A DNA stretch of 64,000 nt from Gammaproteobacteria bacterium (GCA_038142325.1 JAYQJW010000002.1:1-64000); one strand, 5' to 3'. Numbered from the stretch's first letter, positions 1-13,800 are shown. Program-made: numbers and translations. Notes: a model not told the origin generated them from the letters alone.

Positions 1-1555
1 CATACTATGGGGGACTAATGTTGCATCAACGCATGTGCATATGGTTCCATTTCTTGAGGAGGCGAAAAAAAATGGAGCTAAAATTGTTTGTATAGATCCA
101 AGAGAAACCCGTACAAGTATTATGAGTCATTGGCACCTTCAGCCTAAACCTGGGACTGATTCTGCATTAGCACTGGGTATGATGAATGAAATAGTGAAAA
201 ACAATTTACATGACAAATCATTTTTAAAAAAACATACAACGGGTCATGAAGAGTTTCTAAAAAAGAGTTGCCTAAATACACTCTCACTAAAGTTTCAAGA
301 ATCACTGGTATTAAACAATCTGAGATAAAACAGTTAGCTCATGAATACGCAAAAGCCAAAAGATCTTATATAAGGCCTAATTATGGACTTAATAGGCATC
401 GAAACGGCGGTATGATGACGAGAACAATAATGCTTCTTCCAGCAATTACTGGAGCTTGGAAACATAAAGAGTCTGGTTGTTTTGTCGGCTCAATTGAGGA
501 GATGTGGAATGTTGATTTACAAAAACTTCAAAGACCAGATCTACTAGATGGTAAAACTCCAAGATCTGTAAACATGGTTCAGATAGGAAATGCCTTAAAT
601 GATAAAAAACTTAGTCCACCTATTAAACATTTATTTGTTTGGAATTCTGATGTTGCTAACTGCACACCAGATAGCAGCAATGTTCGAAAAGGCCTTCAAA
701 GAAAAGATTTATTTACAGTAGTGCATGATACTTTTTGGACAGATAGTTGCATGTATGCTGATGTTGTCCTTCCAGCTGACACTCAACTTGAACACACAGA
801 CCTTCATGCTCCTTACGGACATTATTATTTCAGTTTGACTCAACAAGCTATTAAACCATTAGGTGAGAGTAAGTCGAATCAAGATCTGTTTAGAGAATTA
901 GCAAAGTACATGGGTTATAAAGAGGCCTGCTTCAAAGAAACAGACGAGAGCATGATAAAAAACATGATTGATTCAAAACATAACCCATTATTTAAAGGAG
1001 TTAGTTATGAAAAACTTAAGAAAAATGGATGGGTGAAAGGTGATGTAGATAATCCTAGACGAAACTATCTTAAGAAAGGCTGGCCTACTAAAGATAAGAA
1101 GATACAAATCTACTCAGAAGATACAAGAAAAATTGGGCTAGGTCCTTATCCATCTTACACAGAAGAATTTAAAAAATCAGAAATTAAGAAAAAAATATCC
1201 TATACAAATATTAAGTCCTGCAACGCATCAATTTATTGGAAATTCATTTGTGCCAGTTGAAAGACTAAGAAATATGGCATCTCGACCTACTGTTGAAATT
1301 TCAACCGCAGATGCCAAGAAAAGAAAAATTAAAGATGGAGATTTATGCAAAGTATTTAATGATGTAGGTGAAACTTACGCCCATGCAATCATCAAAGATA
1401 CAATGCTTGATGGTGTAGCATCTACACAAAAACAATACAGAGGTTCATTAGTCAAAAATGGTCTTAATGCTAATGCATTAAACTCACAAGAACTTACTGA
1501 TATGGGAGATGGTCCAATTTTCTATACAGTGATGGCACAAATCAAAAAAGTTTAA
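1..1555 (+). CDS. Molybdopterin-dependent oxidoreductase (DMSO reductase superfamily), 5' truncated, frameshifted
   Basis: ORFs 35-328, 268-1260 and 1250-1555 join into one protein: IDPR/PKPGTDSALALG, VVHDTFWTDSCMYADVVLPA, C-terminal dinucleotide-binding domain DAKKRKIKDGDLCKVFNDVG...NAN. Confidence 0.85.
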
Positions 1556-1626
1556 TTATACTTTTGCGCTTTTTATTTTTAAAGAAATGGCTAATTTTAT
1601 AGCTCTACCAGTAATTTTTATTATAC

Positions 1627-2070
1627 ATGTATAATAAAAATATGATTGAGTATAAAAATGATGAAAAGTCTCAAGGAAAACAAACTTTTGATAATGGTGA
1701 TATATACGAAGGCTCATTTAAAGATGGTTTAAAGCATGGTAAGGGTAAATTAAAAACTAGAAATGATAGATCATATGAGGGTGACTGGAAAAATGATAAA
1801 CCTCATGGATTTGGAATAAACACATTTCCAAATGGAAAAATTTATACCGGCAGATTTGAGAATGGCAAACCGGTGGGTGATGGGCAATGGACATATGCTG
1901 ATGGCAGAACCTTTAATGGAACATGGGTAAATGGCGCATTTGTAAATGTAGATAATAAAGCAGATACACAAGAGTATAGATATATTACTTTTATAATAAA
2001 TGTTCTTGTAATTGGAGCTATGCTCTCTTTCGTTATTTATTGGCTTTTAAAATTTTTGAAAATTATTTAA
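1627..2070 (+). CDS. MORN-repeat protein with C-terminal membrane anchor
   Basis: Repeated YEGxFxxGxxHGxG units followed by a hydrophobic helix. Confidence 0.85.
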   Translation: MYNKNMIEYKNDEKSQGKQTFDNGDIYEGSFKDGLKHGKGKLKTRNDRSYEGDWKNDKPHGFGINTFPNGKIYTGRFENGKPVGDGQWTYADGRTFNGTWVNGAFVNVDNKADTQEYRYITFIINVLVIGAMLSFVIYWLLKFLKII

Positions 2071-2266
2071 GGGGTGCCATGAATGCATCTACGATTGCTT
2101 GTTGATTGGTTACAACAAAGTAAATATAGAATCCTAGAAAACCAACACCAAAAACTTTTTGATTTATAAGTTTATTTAGTCTAGAAAACTTAGCAACACA
2201 TTGGCCAAAATTATAAGCAAAGTAGCCGACCGCAAAGAAAAATAGTGTTCCTATAAGTAATAACAT
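2063..2266 (-). CDS. Small membrane hypothetical protein
   Basis: 67 aa with two hydrophobic stretches; last gene of the minus-strand run starting at ispA. Confidence 0.55.
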   Translation of the reverse strand: MLLLIGTLFFFAVGYFAYNFGQCVAKFSRLNKLINQKVFGVGFLGFYIYFVVTNQQAIVDAFMAPLK

Positions 2267-2278
2267 ATGTATAAATTA

Positions 2279-2737
2279 TCACCGCTTATAAGCACTGACA
2301 AGACTCATTCGAGCATTATGTCAATTTTCTTTGGGATCAGACATGTTGAATTATCAAAAGCATTTGTATATCTGACGAACATGCCAAAGGGAGTTGTTGT
2401 GTCTACAATTCTATTAAATAAGATGCCTGCGCCAGTGCTCAATATTGTATTAGTATCAATTTCTTTTTTCATTTTCGGGTAGTATTCCATATTCACCTGA
2501 CAATCTTCCTGATTTACAGATTATATTTATTGGTCCGCAATTTGCCTGATATCTAATATTTTTAGGTGTATCAAACTCTATTCGTGTTTCAGAAGAATAT
2601 AATTTACATGATGATTTAATGTGATTATTTTGGTTATTATAAGTATTAATTTGCATGGAAAACTCATAAGAGCCTGAAACTCGAGAACCACAGGCAGAGA
2701 TTAATGTAGCTAATATCAATATAAGAAGATATTTCAT
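2279..2737 (-). CDS. Hypothetical lipoprotein (frameshifted)
   Basis: Signal peptide with lipobox LISAC; ORFs 2456-2737 and 2305-2496 overlap in different frames; end approximate. Confidence 0.55.
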
Positions 2738-3559
2738 TTCATATACTTACTTAATATATTTTCACTATAAGACCACAGCTCCTGACTCATTTGCTCATCA
2801 TACGATACAAGAGATGATTTTCTTGGCCTACATTTATCAAAATACAAACCTGATACATCACCGATAGCTTCGTCATTCGCAAGATAAATTGATGTTAGGG
2901 CACCTTGGACTGTTGATATACCAAAGAGTTTTATGATATTTGATGCAATTTTAAATGGAAACGAATTGTTGTTTGCAAAATCTGAATTGACTAAACCAGG
3001 GTGCAAACAATTTACAGTTATCTCATTAGTTGTGAATCTTTTATTTAATTCATAGGTTAAATAAATATTTGAAAGTTTACTTCTCTTATATGCATGCCAA
3101 CCAAAATAATTATGTTTGTTTTCGTAATCATTGTTATTTAACTCAATACCTCTATGCGCCTCTGAACTAACATTAACAATTCTAAGTTTTTTATAATATT
3201 TTGAAAATAAATTGGACAGCGTAAAATAACTCATATGATTTAAAGCAAAAGTTTTCTCTAAACCCTCACTAGTTAGAGACCTTTCCATAAATATTGCTCC
3301 TACATTATTAATGAGTATCTCAACACTTTGATATTTTTTAATAACATCATTGTAAAATTTAATATTAGACTCTATGAGTGATAAGTCATAAGCATAAATC
3401 ATGCATTTAATATTATAAGTTTGCTCAAGTTGATTTTTTATTGATTCTAGTCTTACTAGATTTCTTGCAACAAGTATTAGGTCAATTTTTTTTAGCTAAT
3501 CCAATTGCAGTTTGATAACCAATGCCATTTGATGCGCCTGTAATTATTGCTGTTTTCAT
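2734..3559 (-). CDS. Classical SDR oxidoreductase, retinol-dehydrogenase-like subgroup (frameshifted)
   Basis: N-terminus read manually MKTAIITGASNGIG; INNVG, FALNH, NVSSEAH, YKRSK, LHPGLV. Confidence 0.85.
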
Positions 3560-4382
3560 ACACTATCTGCTTGGCTAATAATATAATTAAAAATTTCAGA
3601 TAATTTATTATTATTTGTAGGAAATATTTTACTAAGATAACTGCCAGCCTGAATTTTATAGGCATGACATAAATCTAGTGCATCATTTTTAGTAATATAA
3701 TTTAATATATTCTTATTATCTTGATCTTGATCTGCATCTATGACGTCATCAATTATCTGAAATGTCCTGCCAACTAAGTTGCCATATTTTTTTGCCACCT
3801 TAGCCTCCTTGACCATATTCAGCGAATAAAATGGAGCGGATATACAAAATTCAAATAGTCTGGCTGTCTTGAGCTCATGTATATACAAAACTTTATTCAA
3901 ACTAATTTTTTTGTTTCATTTTCAACATCAGTAGACTGACCGCCTGCTAATCCATAAGCGCCTGCTATCTCTGCAATTATCTGACAGACATGGGCATTAT
4001 ATTTTTTTGACAAAATCTCAAACGCTAAAGTTAACATTCCATTACCTGCTAATATAGCCTGAGCTTCATCAAACTTTTTATGTGTAGATAATTTTCCTCT
4101 TCTATAATCATCATTATCCATACTGGGTAGATCATCATGAACTAGTGAATAACTATGAATAAGTTCTACAGCAAGCATCAGGTTTAAATAGTATGATTTT
4201 TTTAAGCCAAGGCTTCTTGATACTTCTCGAACTAGTATTGGACGAATTCTTTTGCCGCCATTGCTTAGGCTATACCACATAGCTTTCATTAAAACATTGG
4301 ATGTTTTATAAGTATCGAAGAATGTCTTGAGGTCTTTATTAAAAGCCACTCTTTGATTAGATATATATTTTTCTGTAGTCAT
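3556..4382 (-). CDS. ispA: Polyprenyl synthetase, farnesyl diphosphate synthase type (frameshift near 3900)
   Basis: GGKRIRP, FARM YSLVHDDLPSMDNDDYRRGK, GQ, KT, SARM FQIIDDVID. Confidence 0.85.
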
Positions 4383-4416
4383 TAATTAGTCTATTATGAC
4401 AGAAAGGTAAGATTAT

Positions 4417-5072
4417 ATGGAAAGTAAAAAATATCTATTCGCTATATTGTTATTTCTTTTAATTTCTTTTACTTATTACAATATCTCGGTTATTGAAAAT
4501 ATATTTATTGAAAATATTCAAACTCTTGAAAGGCTTTACTTAGATAATCCAAAATACTTTATGATTTTTTACTTTCTTGCTTATATTCTACTAACTATTT
4601 TATCTATACCAGTGGCTTTAGTTCTTGGGCTTCTCTCAGGGTTTATTTTTGATGTTTATACTGCTGTAGTAATAATTTCTTTTGCGTCATCTATTGGAGC
4701 AACAGGTGCTATGTTGCTTTCAAGATATATTATAAGCGACTATGTAAATAAAAGATTTGCCCCACAAGTTTCTAAAATTAAATATGATTTAAACAAAAAC
4801 GGAACATATTATTTATTTGCATTAAGAATGTCACCAATATTTCCATTCTTTATAATTAATGTTGCTTTTGGACTGACTAAGATTAGAACGCTAGCGTTTT
4901 ATTTTGTCAGTCAAATAGGTATGTTACCAGGCACAATTGTTATTATTCTTATTGGCTCTGAATTAGATAACTTTATAATTGAAAAAGTCCATTTAGCTTT
5001 GAACTTATAATTTATTTATCTCTTTTGGGATTAATACCTTTATTATTTAATAAGATAACTAAAAGAAATTAG
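4417..5072 (+). CDS. TVP38/TMEM64 (DedA/VTT domain) membrane protein
   Basis: LRMSPIFPFFIINVAFGLT and SQIGMLPG motifs; frameshift near 3' end. Confidence 0.85.
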
Positions 5073-5601
5073 ATTCATCATGCAAATAATCTGCCTGGCA
5101 TCTTTGTCAGATAAGTGAAACTTCATATCTGGCCATTTAATATCTAATTTTGGATCATCATATTTAATGGAACATTCATGTTTGGGTGAATAATAGTTAT
5201 TTACTTTATACATCACCCTGGCCTCTTCGCTAGTTACTAAAAATGCATGGCCAAAACCTTCTGGAATATATAATTGACGATGATTTTCTGATGATAAGTA
5301 TTTACCTATCCACTTACAATAACTGGGGGATTCTCGTCTTAAATCTACAGCAATATCAAAAATCTCACCTTCAATTACATGTACCAGTTTTGCTTGTTGC
5401 ATGGGATTAGTTTGAAAATGTATGCCACGCAATGTACCTTGCTTAGAATAAGATTGGTTGTCTTGAACAGGTCTGAAATTAATACCTGTTAATTAAAAAT
5501 TTTTCTTCATTGAAGCTTTCATAAAAATATCCCCTATCATCTGTGTGAATACACGGTGTTATTAACAAAACATCACTTAAATCAGTAGCATCAACTTTCA
5601 T
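5043..5601 (-). CDS. rfbC: dTDP-4-dehydrorhamnose 3,5-epimerase (frameshifted)
   Basis: DDRGYFYESFN, QDNQS, LRGIHFQ, GEIFDIAVDLR, IPEGFGHAF. Confidence 0.92.
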
Positions 5602-5604
5602 ATA

Positions 5605-6475
5605 CTATCGAATTAAATTTAAGAGATATTTACCATAGTCACTTTTAATAACTTTGTGAGCAAGTTCATTAAGTTTTTTCAGATGATATTAAGCCTTTTC
5701 TAAAAGCAATTTCTTCAGGGCAAGCTATTTTAAATCCTTGTCTTTTTTCAATAGTATAAATGAAATTACTTGCATCTAAATAAGACTGATTAGTGCCCGC
5801 ATCTATCCATGCGAAAACCTCTGCTCAGTACTTCGCTATATAAATTTCCTTGTTTCATATATTCTATATTTACATCTGTAATTTCAAGTTCACCGCGTGC
5901 TGATGGTTTAATTTGTTTAGCGATATAAGCAGCATCAGAATCATAAAAAATATAGCCTGTTACAGCTAGATTTGATTTAGGATTTGCGGGTTTCTCTCAA
6001 GTGCTATAACTTTTCTATCTTCATCTAACTCACAAATACCAAATCTCTCCGGATCACTAACAGCGTATGAGAATAAAGTATTATGATTTGATTGAGATGC
6101 ATGAATCAGTTTTTTCACTAAATCCACTGCCGTAGAATATATTATCAGCTAACATAAGTGTGCATGGATTATTCTCAATATGTTTTTCAGCAAGTATTAA
6201 TGCTTGCGCTATACCCTCAGGCTTAGGTTGTATTTGATAAGAAAGATTAATACCCCAGTCACTGCCATCACCTAATAGTTTTCAAATAAATGCTGATCTT
6301 CGGGTGTAGTAATAATTAAAATATCAGTAATATCAGCAAGAATCATGGTGCTAATAGAATAATAGACCATAGGTTTATCATAGACAGGCAGAAGACATTT
6401 AGTAGATGCTAAAGTCAATGGATAGAGTCTCGTGCCACTTCCACCGGCTAAGATAATGCCTTTTCTATTCATCAT
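5605..6475 (-). CDS. rfbA: Glucose-1-phosphate thymidylyltransferase (several frameshifts)
   Basis: [53 protein letters not shown]. Confidence 0.92.
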
Positions 6476-7360
6476 ATGATTCAATATATTTATCTGCGTA
6501 ATACTGCCATGAAGGTATTTGAATATCAAATTGCTTGATGATTTTCTGATTGCTCAAAACACTATACATTGGACGTTCAACATTTGATTTAAAATGATTT
6601 GATTTCATAGGCTTCAAATCAGATGAGGTTTTCAATTTATCCTCTATACCATCTAAAATATATTTAGCAAAAATCAAACCATGTTGTTTGACCACCACAC
6701 GATAAGTTATAAATACCATGTGATCTATTTTTCTCAATCATAGAATATTTATAATATTTTTTCATACAGGCAAGTGTGCTTGATGATATGAAGTCAACAT
6801 GATTAGGTACTCCAAACTGATCATCTATTACTGAAATAGTTTCTATTTTTTTTGCTTGTTTAACTATTTTATTTGCAAAATTATTTCCTTTATTATCATA
6901 TAAACCCAGCTTGTTCTAAAAATAAAATAGTTGATGTCAGATTTTCTAAATATATTTCACCATTAAGTTTAGATTTGCCATATTCATTAATTGGATTTCT
7001 TGAATCTTCTTCAGTATATGGTGACTTCTTTTACCATCAAAGACATAATCTGTTGAAAAATGAATAAATACTGATGAATTCTTATTCATAAATGATGCAA
7101 TATTTTTGATTGCAACATCATTTACTTTATAGGCAATATCTGGATTTATTTCTGCATTAGAAACATTAGTATATGCAGATGCATTGATTATGAAATCATA
7201 GTTATTAGAGGTAAGTGCTCTCGTTATATCATTAGTATTAGTGACATCACAATCTTCTTTAGATAGGGCAGTAAAATTTAAATTATTTTTTTTAAAAAGC
7301 TCACAAAAAGATTGACCTAGCTGGCCATGAGAGCCTAACAGTAATATGTTAATATTGCTT
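6465..7360 (-). CDS. rfbD: dTDP-4-dehydrorhamnose reductase (frameshifted)
   Basis: [44 protein letters not shown]; start approximate. Confidence 0.88.
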
Positions 7361-8397
7361 CTCCATCCAATTTTTATACTGATCTGTTTCAAAATATTTT
7401 GTGACCATTCATTATTATTAATATACCAATTTACGGTTTCATCAATAGCATTCGAAAATTTATGTGATGGTTTCCAGCCCAGTTCATTTAATACTTTTTC
7501 TGCATTGATTGCGTACCTTGTATCATGACCTGGCCTATCATCAACATGTTCAACATGTTGGCTAATAGTGTCATTAGGTTTCATAATATGAATAATGTTT
7601 TCTATTATTTGAAGATTAGTTAATTCTGAATTTCCGCCAAAATTATATACTTCCCCTAAACGCCCTTGTTCTAAAACTTTTTTAATACCTAAGCAGTGAT
7701 CTTCAACATAAATCCAATCTCTTATTTGTTGTCCATTTCCATAAATTGGAATTTTTTTGTTATTTACAATTTTATTGATAGCTAAAGGTATCAACTTTTC
7801 TGGATACTGATAAGGTCCATAATTATTACTGCATCTAGTTATCATTACTGGGAAGTGATGAGTTTTAAAATATGACATGCAAATTAAATCAGCTGATGCT
7901 TTTGTTGCACTGTATGGATTGGTAGGTTTCAAAATTGAAGATTCAGTAAATGCAGGTGCGGTTTTGCTTAGGGAACCGTACACTTCATCGGTTGACACTT
8001 GGATGAAACGAAAGTCATTAGATAAAACTCCTTTTTCAATTAAATCATTGCAGCATGTAAGAAGATTATTTGTACCTCTTATATTTGTATCAACAAATTT
8101 ATTTGATGAATGAATTGATTTATCGACATGAGATTCTGCAGCAAAATTAATAATAGCATCAAATTTGTATTTTTTAATGAGCTCGATAATATCATTACTC
8201 GTAATATCACATTCAATAAACTCAAATTTATCAGACATACTGTTGATTGTTTCATGATTGAGATATTTTGATAGGGAAAGATCATCAATGCTTACTATTT
8301 CATAGTCGCTCTTAAACATCATCTTTATAAAATTGAATGCTATAAATCCGTTTCCACCTGTTATTAAAAGTCTATTCATAATGATTTCTCTGTTCAA
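7349..8397 (-). CDS. rfbB: dTDP-glucose 4,6-dehydratase
   Basis: TGGNGFI, NFAAESHVD, VSTDEVYG, PYSATKA, SNNYGPYQYPEK, DRPGHD. Confidence 0.93.
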
Positions 8398-8531
8398 AAG
8401 AGTTTATTCTCAAATCAATTATACATTGAACTTTGCCTGTTATAATATTACTTGAAATTCTTTTTCAAATGATAATAGTTTTTTTCAAATATCAAATTAA
8501 GTTAACGCTATGATAATATCTTCATATTTAG

Positions 8532-9701
8532 TCATGAACTACTTTTATTTATATCTTTAAGAACATACAAAGCCGAAATAAAAAATGTAATTGCCTGATG
8601 ATGTGCAAAATGACTTTGAGATAATTGAGAAGTCACAAGCATCAACATAAAAATTATAAACGCCTGTTTGTTCCCAGATGAAAAAACATCATAAATGAGT
8701 AATAGATAAATTAGTAAAAGAAAAATTAGTGCTGGAATACCAAATTTTACTGATATATCAAGAAAGTCATTGTGTAAATGATCTCTAGCAACTGCAAGAT
8801 ATCCAGTCTCATCTAAGTACTTTTGCATACTATCTTCCACGTTGTGCGGTCCAATACCCAGTAGTTGATATTTATCGATAGTTGCAAATCCATAGCTAAA
8901 ATAACTTCCTCTTTCCCTTAAAGGGACATACTTTGACGAATGTGATTTGAGAACTTTATCTATTGAATTTTTATCAAAGAGACTGATTTCTAAATCGTTG
9001 AGCTTGATGAGTCTCTCAGACAAACTATTCTGAAAAAAGAATAGGATAGAAAATGATACAACGGTAAAGAGAAAAATCACTATACTTCTCGACCAAAATA
9101 ATATCAATGCCAGAGATAATATGAATCCGATTACTGGACCTCTTGATTGAGTCATAACCCATGCGAGAAATAAAAATGAAAACCATAATAAAAAAGATAA
9201 AAATATAAAATTTGTTTAGCGATCTTAACTGTAAGAAATGACAATTAAAAGTATTAGAGTGACAGTCATATTGGCATAGGTAATTGGATGGCTAGATGTT
9301 CCATAATATCTAGGTATGTCAAAATTATAGTAGCTATAAATTAAATGTAAGCATGCTCCTAACGCAGAATAAAAAAGTATTTTTGTCCATACCTTATCTT
9401 CCATTTTTATTACTAGAAGTGGAAGTAAAAGAAACAGTCTAAAATAGTTATCAAGCTCGCTTATGGGTGTATTATGATATGCGCCAACTGCAGATATCCA
9501 TAAGGTGAAAATAAGCACCGCAACAACTAGATATTTATTTTTAATGAGATGTAACTTTAAGTTTTTATAATCATACAAGCAAGCAGCGATTGTTGTGAGT
9601 AGAAACATGTTGCTGATGTCTCTATCGATGAAATTGAATATAAAAAAAAGAGAATATAGTATTAACTGTATCTTGTTCAATGTCTTATTCACTTGTGTCA
9701 A
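8532..9701 (-). CDS. O-antigen ligase family membrane protein (frameshifted)
   Basis: ORFs 9225-9701 and 8532-9155; TQSRG, LGIG, HLHNDFLD...GI motifs; many TM helices. Confidence 0.82.
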
Positions 9702-9714
9702 AACCCCTGTATTG

Positions 9715-10428
9715 TTAATAGCCCTCTCCTTTAAGTATAAGTTTAATGCCTTTGAAGATTATACTTACATCGAGCTTTAATAAATCAAACTCGGATAGTT
9801 TCAAATACTTATCAAGATAAATATATTCATACTTTGGATCACCAAAGTCTTCTTTGCCTTTTCTAATATGACCAAGACCTAATAATCCACCTTTAAGATG
9901 TTTTCTCGTAACATTTCCTTGATTAAGATCTCTCTCATAATGAACAACTGCTAACGGCCTAGGCCCAATAATAGACATATCACCTTTCAACACGCTCCAG
10001 AACTGAGGAATTTCATCAAGATAAAAACTTTTTACAAAACTACCTATATAAGTTCTTGAGTCCTTGTTCCACTCAGAGCTATATGCTTCCCATTTACCCT
10101 CTTTTGCTAATTCCTGATCTATGAAGCGCATCTTAATAAGTCGAATTTTGTATTTACGGAATATTTTACCTTTCGATACTGCATGATAATAGAAAAGCAT
10201 TGGGCCTTTATTTTCTGGAATCAATAGACCTTCAATTGTATAAAATATTTTTAGTAATAATAAAATAGGCGCCATCGAAAAGAGAAATGCAAGAGCTATC
10301 ACTTTATCGAACAATAGCTTCAGCCACCTTTCTGAGATTGGTTCATTTATTTTGAAAATATGAGAGTATTTTTCTCTGATTTCTGCTGATGGCGGTCTAT
10401 ATGGGAATGCTTCTTTTGGCTCAATCAT
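9715..10428 (-). CDS. Monotopic phosphoglycosyl (sugar) transferase, PglC/WcaJ C-terminal type
   Basis: KLLFDK plus TM segment; LDEIPQFWSVLKGDMSIIGPRP. Confidence 0.85.
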   Translation of the reverse strand: MIEPKEAFPYRPPSAEIREKYSHIFKINEPISERWLKLLFDKVIALAFLFSMAPILLLLKIFYTIEGLLIPENKGPMLFYYHAVSKGKIFRKYKIRLIKMRFIDQELAKEGKWEAYSSEWNKDSRTYIGSFVKSFYLDEIPQFWSVLKGDMSIIGPRPLAVVHYERDLNQGNVTRKHLKGGLLGLGHIRKGKEDFGDPKYEYIYLDKYLKLSEFDLLKLDVSIIFKGIKLILKGEGY

Positions 10429-10432
10429 CTCA

Positions 10433-11351
10433 TCAAATTAAATTCATTATTGTAAGGGTTGCTAGGTAAAACCTATGCAAGAGGTATCTTCGACCATTCT
10501 TCAAAACAAATAAAGTATTAAAGCATACTCTTGCATAATATGGTCTACTGAAGTTTGATATATATTTTTTTAAATTGGAATCTTGCCTCTTTTCTTTTAT
10601 TAATTTCAAATAGATATATGAATACATTTGAATCTGTCGTTTATACCACCCACTGACTATTAAGCCAAACCTTCCTATATAAGACTTGAGTGTTCCTTTT
10701 GCCCCCAAATCGTTATGATCATGTTGCATGTAATCTAATGATACAAAATCTTTATCAAAGTACCATTTATACTCATAAGCTCTACAAACAATGTATGTTA
10801 CCCAATCATGTGACTTCACGATAAATTTTTCATCATCGATAACATTTTTTGCAGCTTTTAAGCCATCTAATATTTTACTGTCAAACACATAAGAACATCC
10901 CTGTCCTGCCGCTTCAAAGATACAATCATGATCTCTGATTATATCAGTCTGTGAAAGAATTCTTTTTTTTCCTGATGGCCATATTGCTCTTACAGGAGCA
11001 GAATATAAATTTGCAGAATTATCCTTTAATTTCATAGCAGCTCTCTCCAATTTATTCACATTCCAGATATCGTCATGATCTGAAAAGGCAAATAAATCAG
11101 ATTCTTCATACTCTATTAATGATAGTAGATGCAGGAAACTTAATCCTGGTGTTCCGAATCTTTTTTATTCTCATAAAAAATTATATTTGACATTTGTCTT
11201 GATAGTCTTTAATAATTTGAAGAGTATTATCATTAGATCCGTCATCAAATACATGTACCTTGAACTGAACATTTACTTGATCAAAAATACTTTTAAGTTG
11301 TTTTTGAATGTGCTTTTCAGATTGATATGTTACAAGTAGTATATTTATCAT
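10433..11351 (-). CDS. Glycosyltransferase family 2, rhamnosyltransferase-like (frameshifted)
   Basis: MINILLVTY..., FDDGSND, FAFSDHDDIW, GCS, HDW, QH..NDLG. Confidence 0.8.
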
Positions 11352-11399
11352 TTTACAAAAGTCTCAAGATTTAATAATTAAATTATATTAAATCTGTTC

Positions 11400-12608
11400 T
11401 CATATTAATGTAGTATATGCTTTTTCCAAATTTTCTAGATAACTTTCTTCTGTGTATTGTCTTAAATCATAATCTTTGAGATTATTTCGCATCTCAATCA
11501 CTATCTTATCCTCTTCTGCAGTTCTTAATGCCTCCACTAGATTTTTAGGATCAGAAGTATTAAATAAGAGGCCATTAAACTTATGTTTGATGAACTCTGA
11601 AGCTGAAGAGTGAGATGAAGCTATTACTGGAATACCGTTTTTCAGAGAGTCCAAGACCACGAGGCCAAAAGTTTCATACCATAGTGATGGAAAGATAACA
11701 ATTCGCGCCTTTCTAATGTAATCTTCAATTTTATTTTGAGAATTAATCCAGCCAGTAATCTTAGCTTTTGGATAAATTTCGTGAATTTCGTTTTTACAGT
11801 TCCCATCGCCTACGAATGTGATGTCTAAATCTAGTTTTTTGCATGCTCTAGCTAATTGAAGTACGCCTTTTTCTTTAGATAATCTTCCAACAAAAAGATA
11901 TTCTTTACTTAAATTTTTTAATAGTTGTTTTTTTGATGCTTGTTTAATTGGATTAGGAATGAAAAAGCTTTTTACATTTAGGATGTAAGGCTTTGAATAG
12001 CTGTTCAGATTTTTTCGATATGTGAATGAATGTTATTTTGTTTTCAAAAGAATTTATCAAATATTTTTCATGCTTTGATCTTATAAATCTTATTACTTTG
12101 ATAGGGTAATTTCTAGAATCGCAATTTGTTATAAAGCACCTAAATGATTGGGGTTTGATCTACAGATTTTATTTTCAGAAAATTAAATAAACCTCCATTT
12201 GGGCAATCATAAAAATAATCATGCATAGTCATAATAACTTTATAGTTATTTTTCAGCAAAAAATACGTTACGGAACTAGTCATGATTTAATAGTACTGTG
12301 AATATGAAAGATGGTTGATTTTTTTATCACATTTATCAGCAATTGAGGATATATATCTATAATTAGATCTATTCCAAAAATAATTATTAATGACCTCGTG
12401 AGGCTTTGAATTATTTATATCATTTTGATTAGAGCATATACACTCAATGCCATTTTCATTAAAATCTTATCAACTGGACCTTTTGAACAAAAAAAAGTGG
12501 AGAAAATAATTTGCTTTTGTTGAGGATGGTGCTTGTATTTATTGCAACTGGGATGCTCCTCCTTGGATATAGACCATAATCACAAATTTGTATAACTTTA
12601 TTTTTCAT
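11400..12608 (-). CDS. Glycosyltransferase family 4 (heavily frameshifted)
   Basis: TMHDY...CPNG, FVGRLSKEKG, FPSLWYETFGLVVLD..G.PVIAS. Confidence 0.78.
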
Positions 12609-12616
12609 GATTCTTT

Positions 12617-13800
12617 TCAGCTAAATTTGAAATTTAGAAGTAAAATATTAAGATTTAGTAAGAAAGATAAGTTGAAGTAACCAATTCCTCTTACAAAGAG
12701 ATAAGATAATAAAAGAATAGATGATATGAATTTAAGTGAAATTATGAAGTTGGAAGTATGTTCATTTTTAGTCTTAGAAAATCTAATAATATTTCTAAAG
12801 CATATGTAAGATAATACTAATATTATTAATATACCGATTACTCCGAATTCTGAAATTAGTTTCGATGCTAGGAATGAACCATCCTCAGCGTTTAAAATAT
12901 CATAGTTATAACCAGGATGACTTGGAAAAGACAAACCAACATTTGTATTTATACCCATATTATTGAAACCAAGGCCAAGGAAGTTTGAATAAATAAGATT
13001 ATCATATGCCATAACCCATCCATTAATCCATATTAAACCAGACAAATATGTTTCAAGTTCTTTAAATGTAATCACTTTTATTTTATCTAAATTGTCTATA
13101 AAGAGAAGTACGCCTTCTACACGAGCATACAAAAAATCAAACTGGGATATAATTAAGATAACAGCTAGAAAAATGATGAAGAGATATTTTAAGGATTGCA
13201 GGATAGAAAATAAAGATTTAAGAAATAATATCCCAAAAAATACCCTAGTCCAACAATCAGAGTAAGGCTATTAAAAAAAAAATATAGTGAATACCAATAA
13301 AATATATGGTAGAAAAGATTGAATCTTAACAAACTAAAAATATTAAAGGTAGAGAATAAATAGCCAAATGTGATCTTTCGCTGAAAAGCCCAGATCCTCT
13401 TACTGCACCAGTAAAATAGTCCTTTAGATCGAACGAAAAGTATTTATCAATAACTAGGAAGAATAAAATAATTAATAAAAGTTGGTGATTAATCGACCTA
13501 TCTGTAACTATTTTATAAAGTTCAATCTTATCAATTATTAAAAATATAGAAATCATAACTAATAGAGAGAAAATACTTTTTTAGTAAGTGTGTTTTCATT
13601 TAGAAAATATATTATTGTTGAGTAAAGCACCAGCAACATAATTAGAAGGAGCTTATTATTCGATATCGTCTCTAGAAAAACTTTTTGATATTCAAGAAAA
13701 CCATACTTATTGCAGAGGCTGGATTTATACCTGTCAGAAACCAACCCTGATCAAATACATATAAATACTTTTTGATTGTTAAGAAAGATAACACTGATTT
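12617..13800 (-). CDS. Polytopic membrane protein, probable O-antigen polymerase Wzy (fragmented)
   Basis: Several hydrophobic fragments with GLFSERSH, GLGFNNMG and SEFGVIG; start approximate. Confidence 0.55.

Noticed and set aside
1690-1945. CRISPR-like or tandem DNA repeat
   Set aside because: The periodicity is the MORN protein repeat; no conserved DNA repeat-spacer array was seen in the window.
6946-8397. Apparent RfbB-RfbD fusion in the ORF track
   Set aside because: One missing base near 7385 explains it; the other frame gives a normal RfbB ending YKNWMEKQY-stop.
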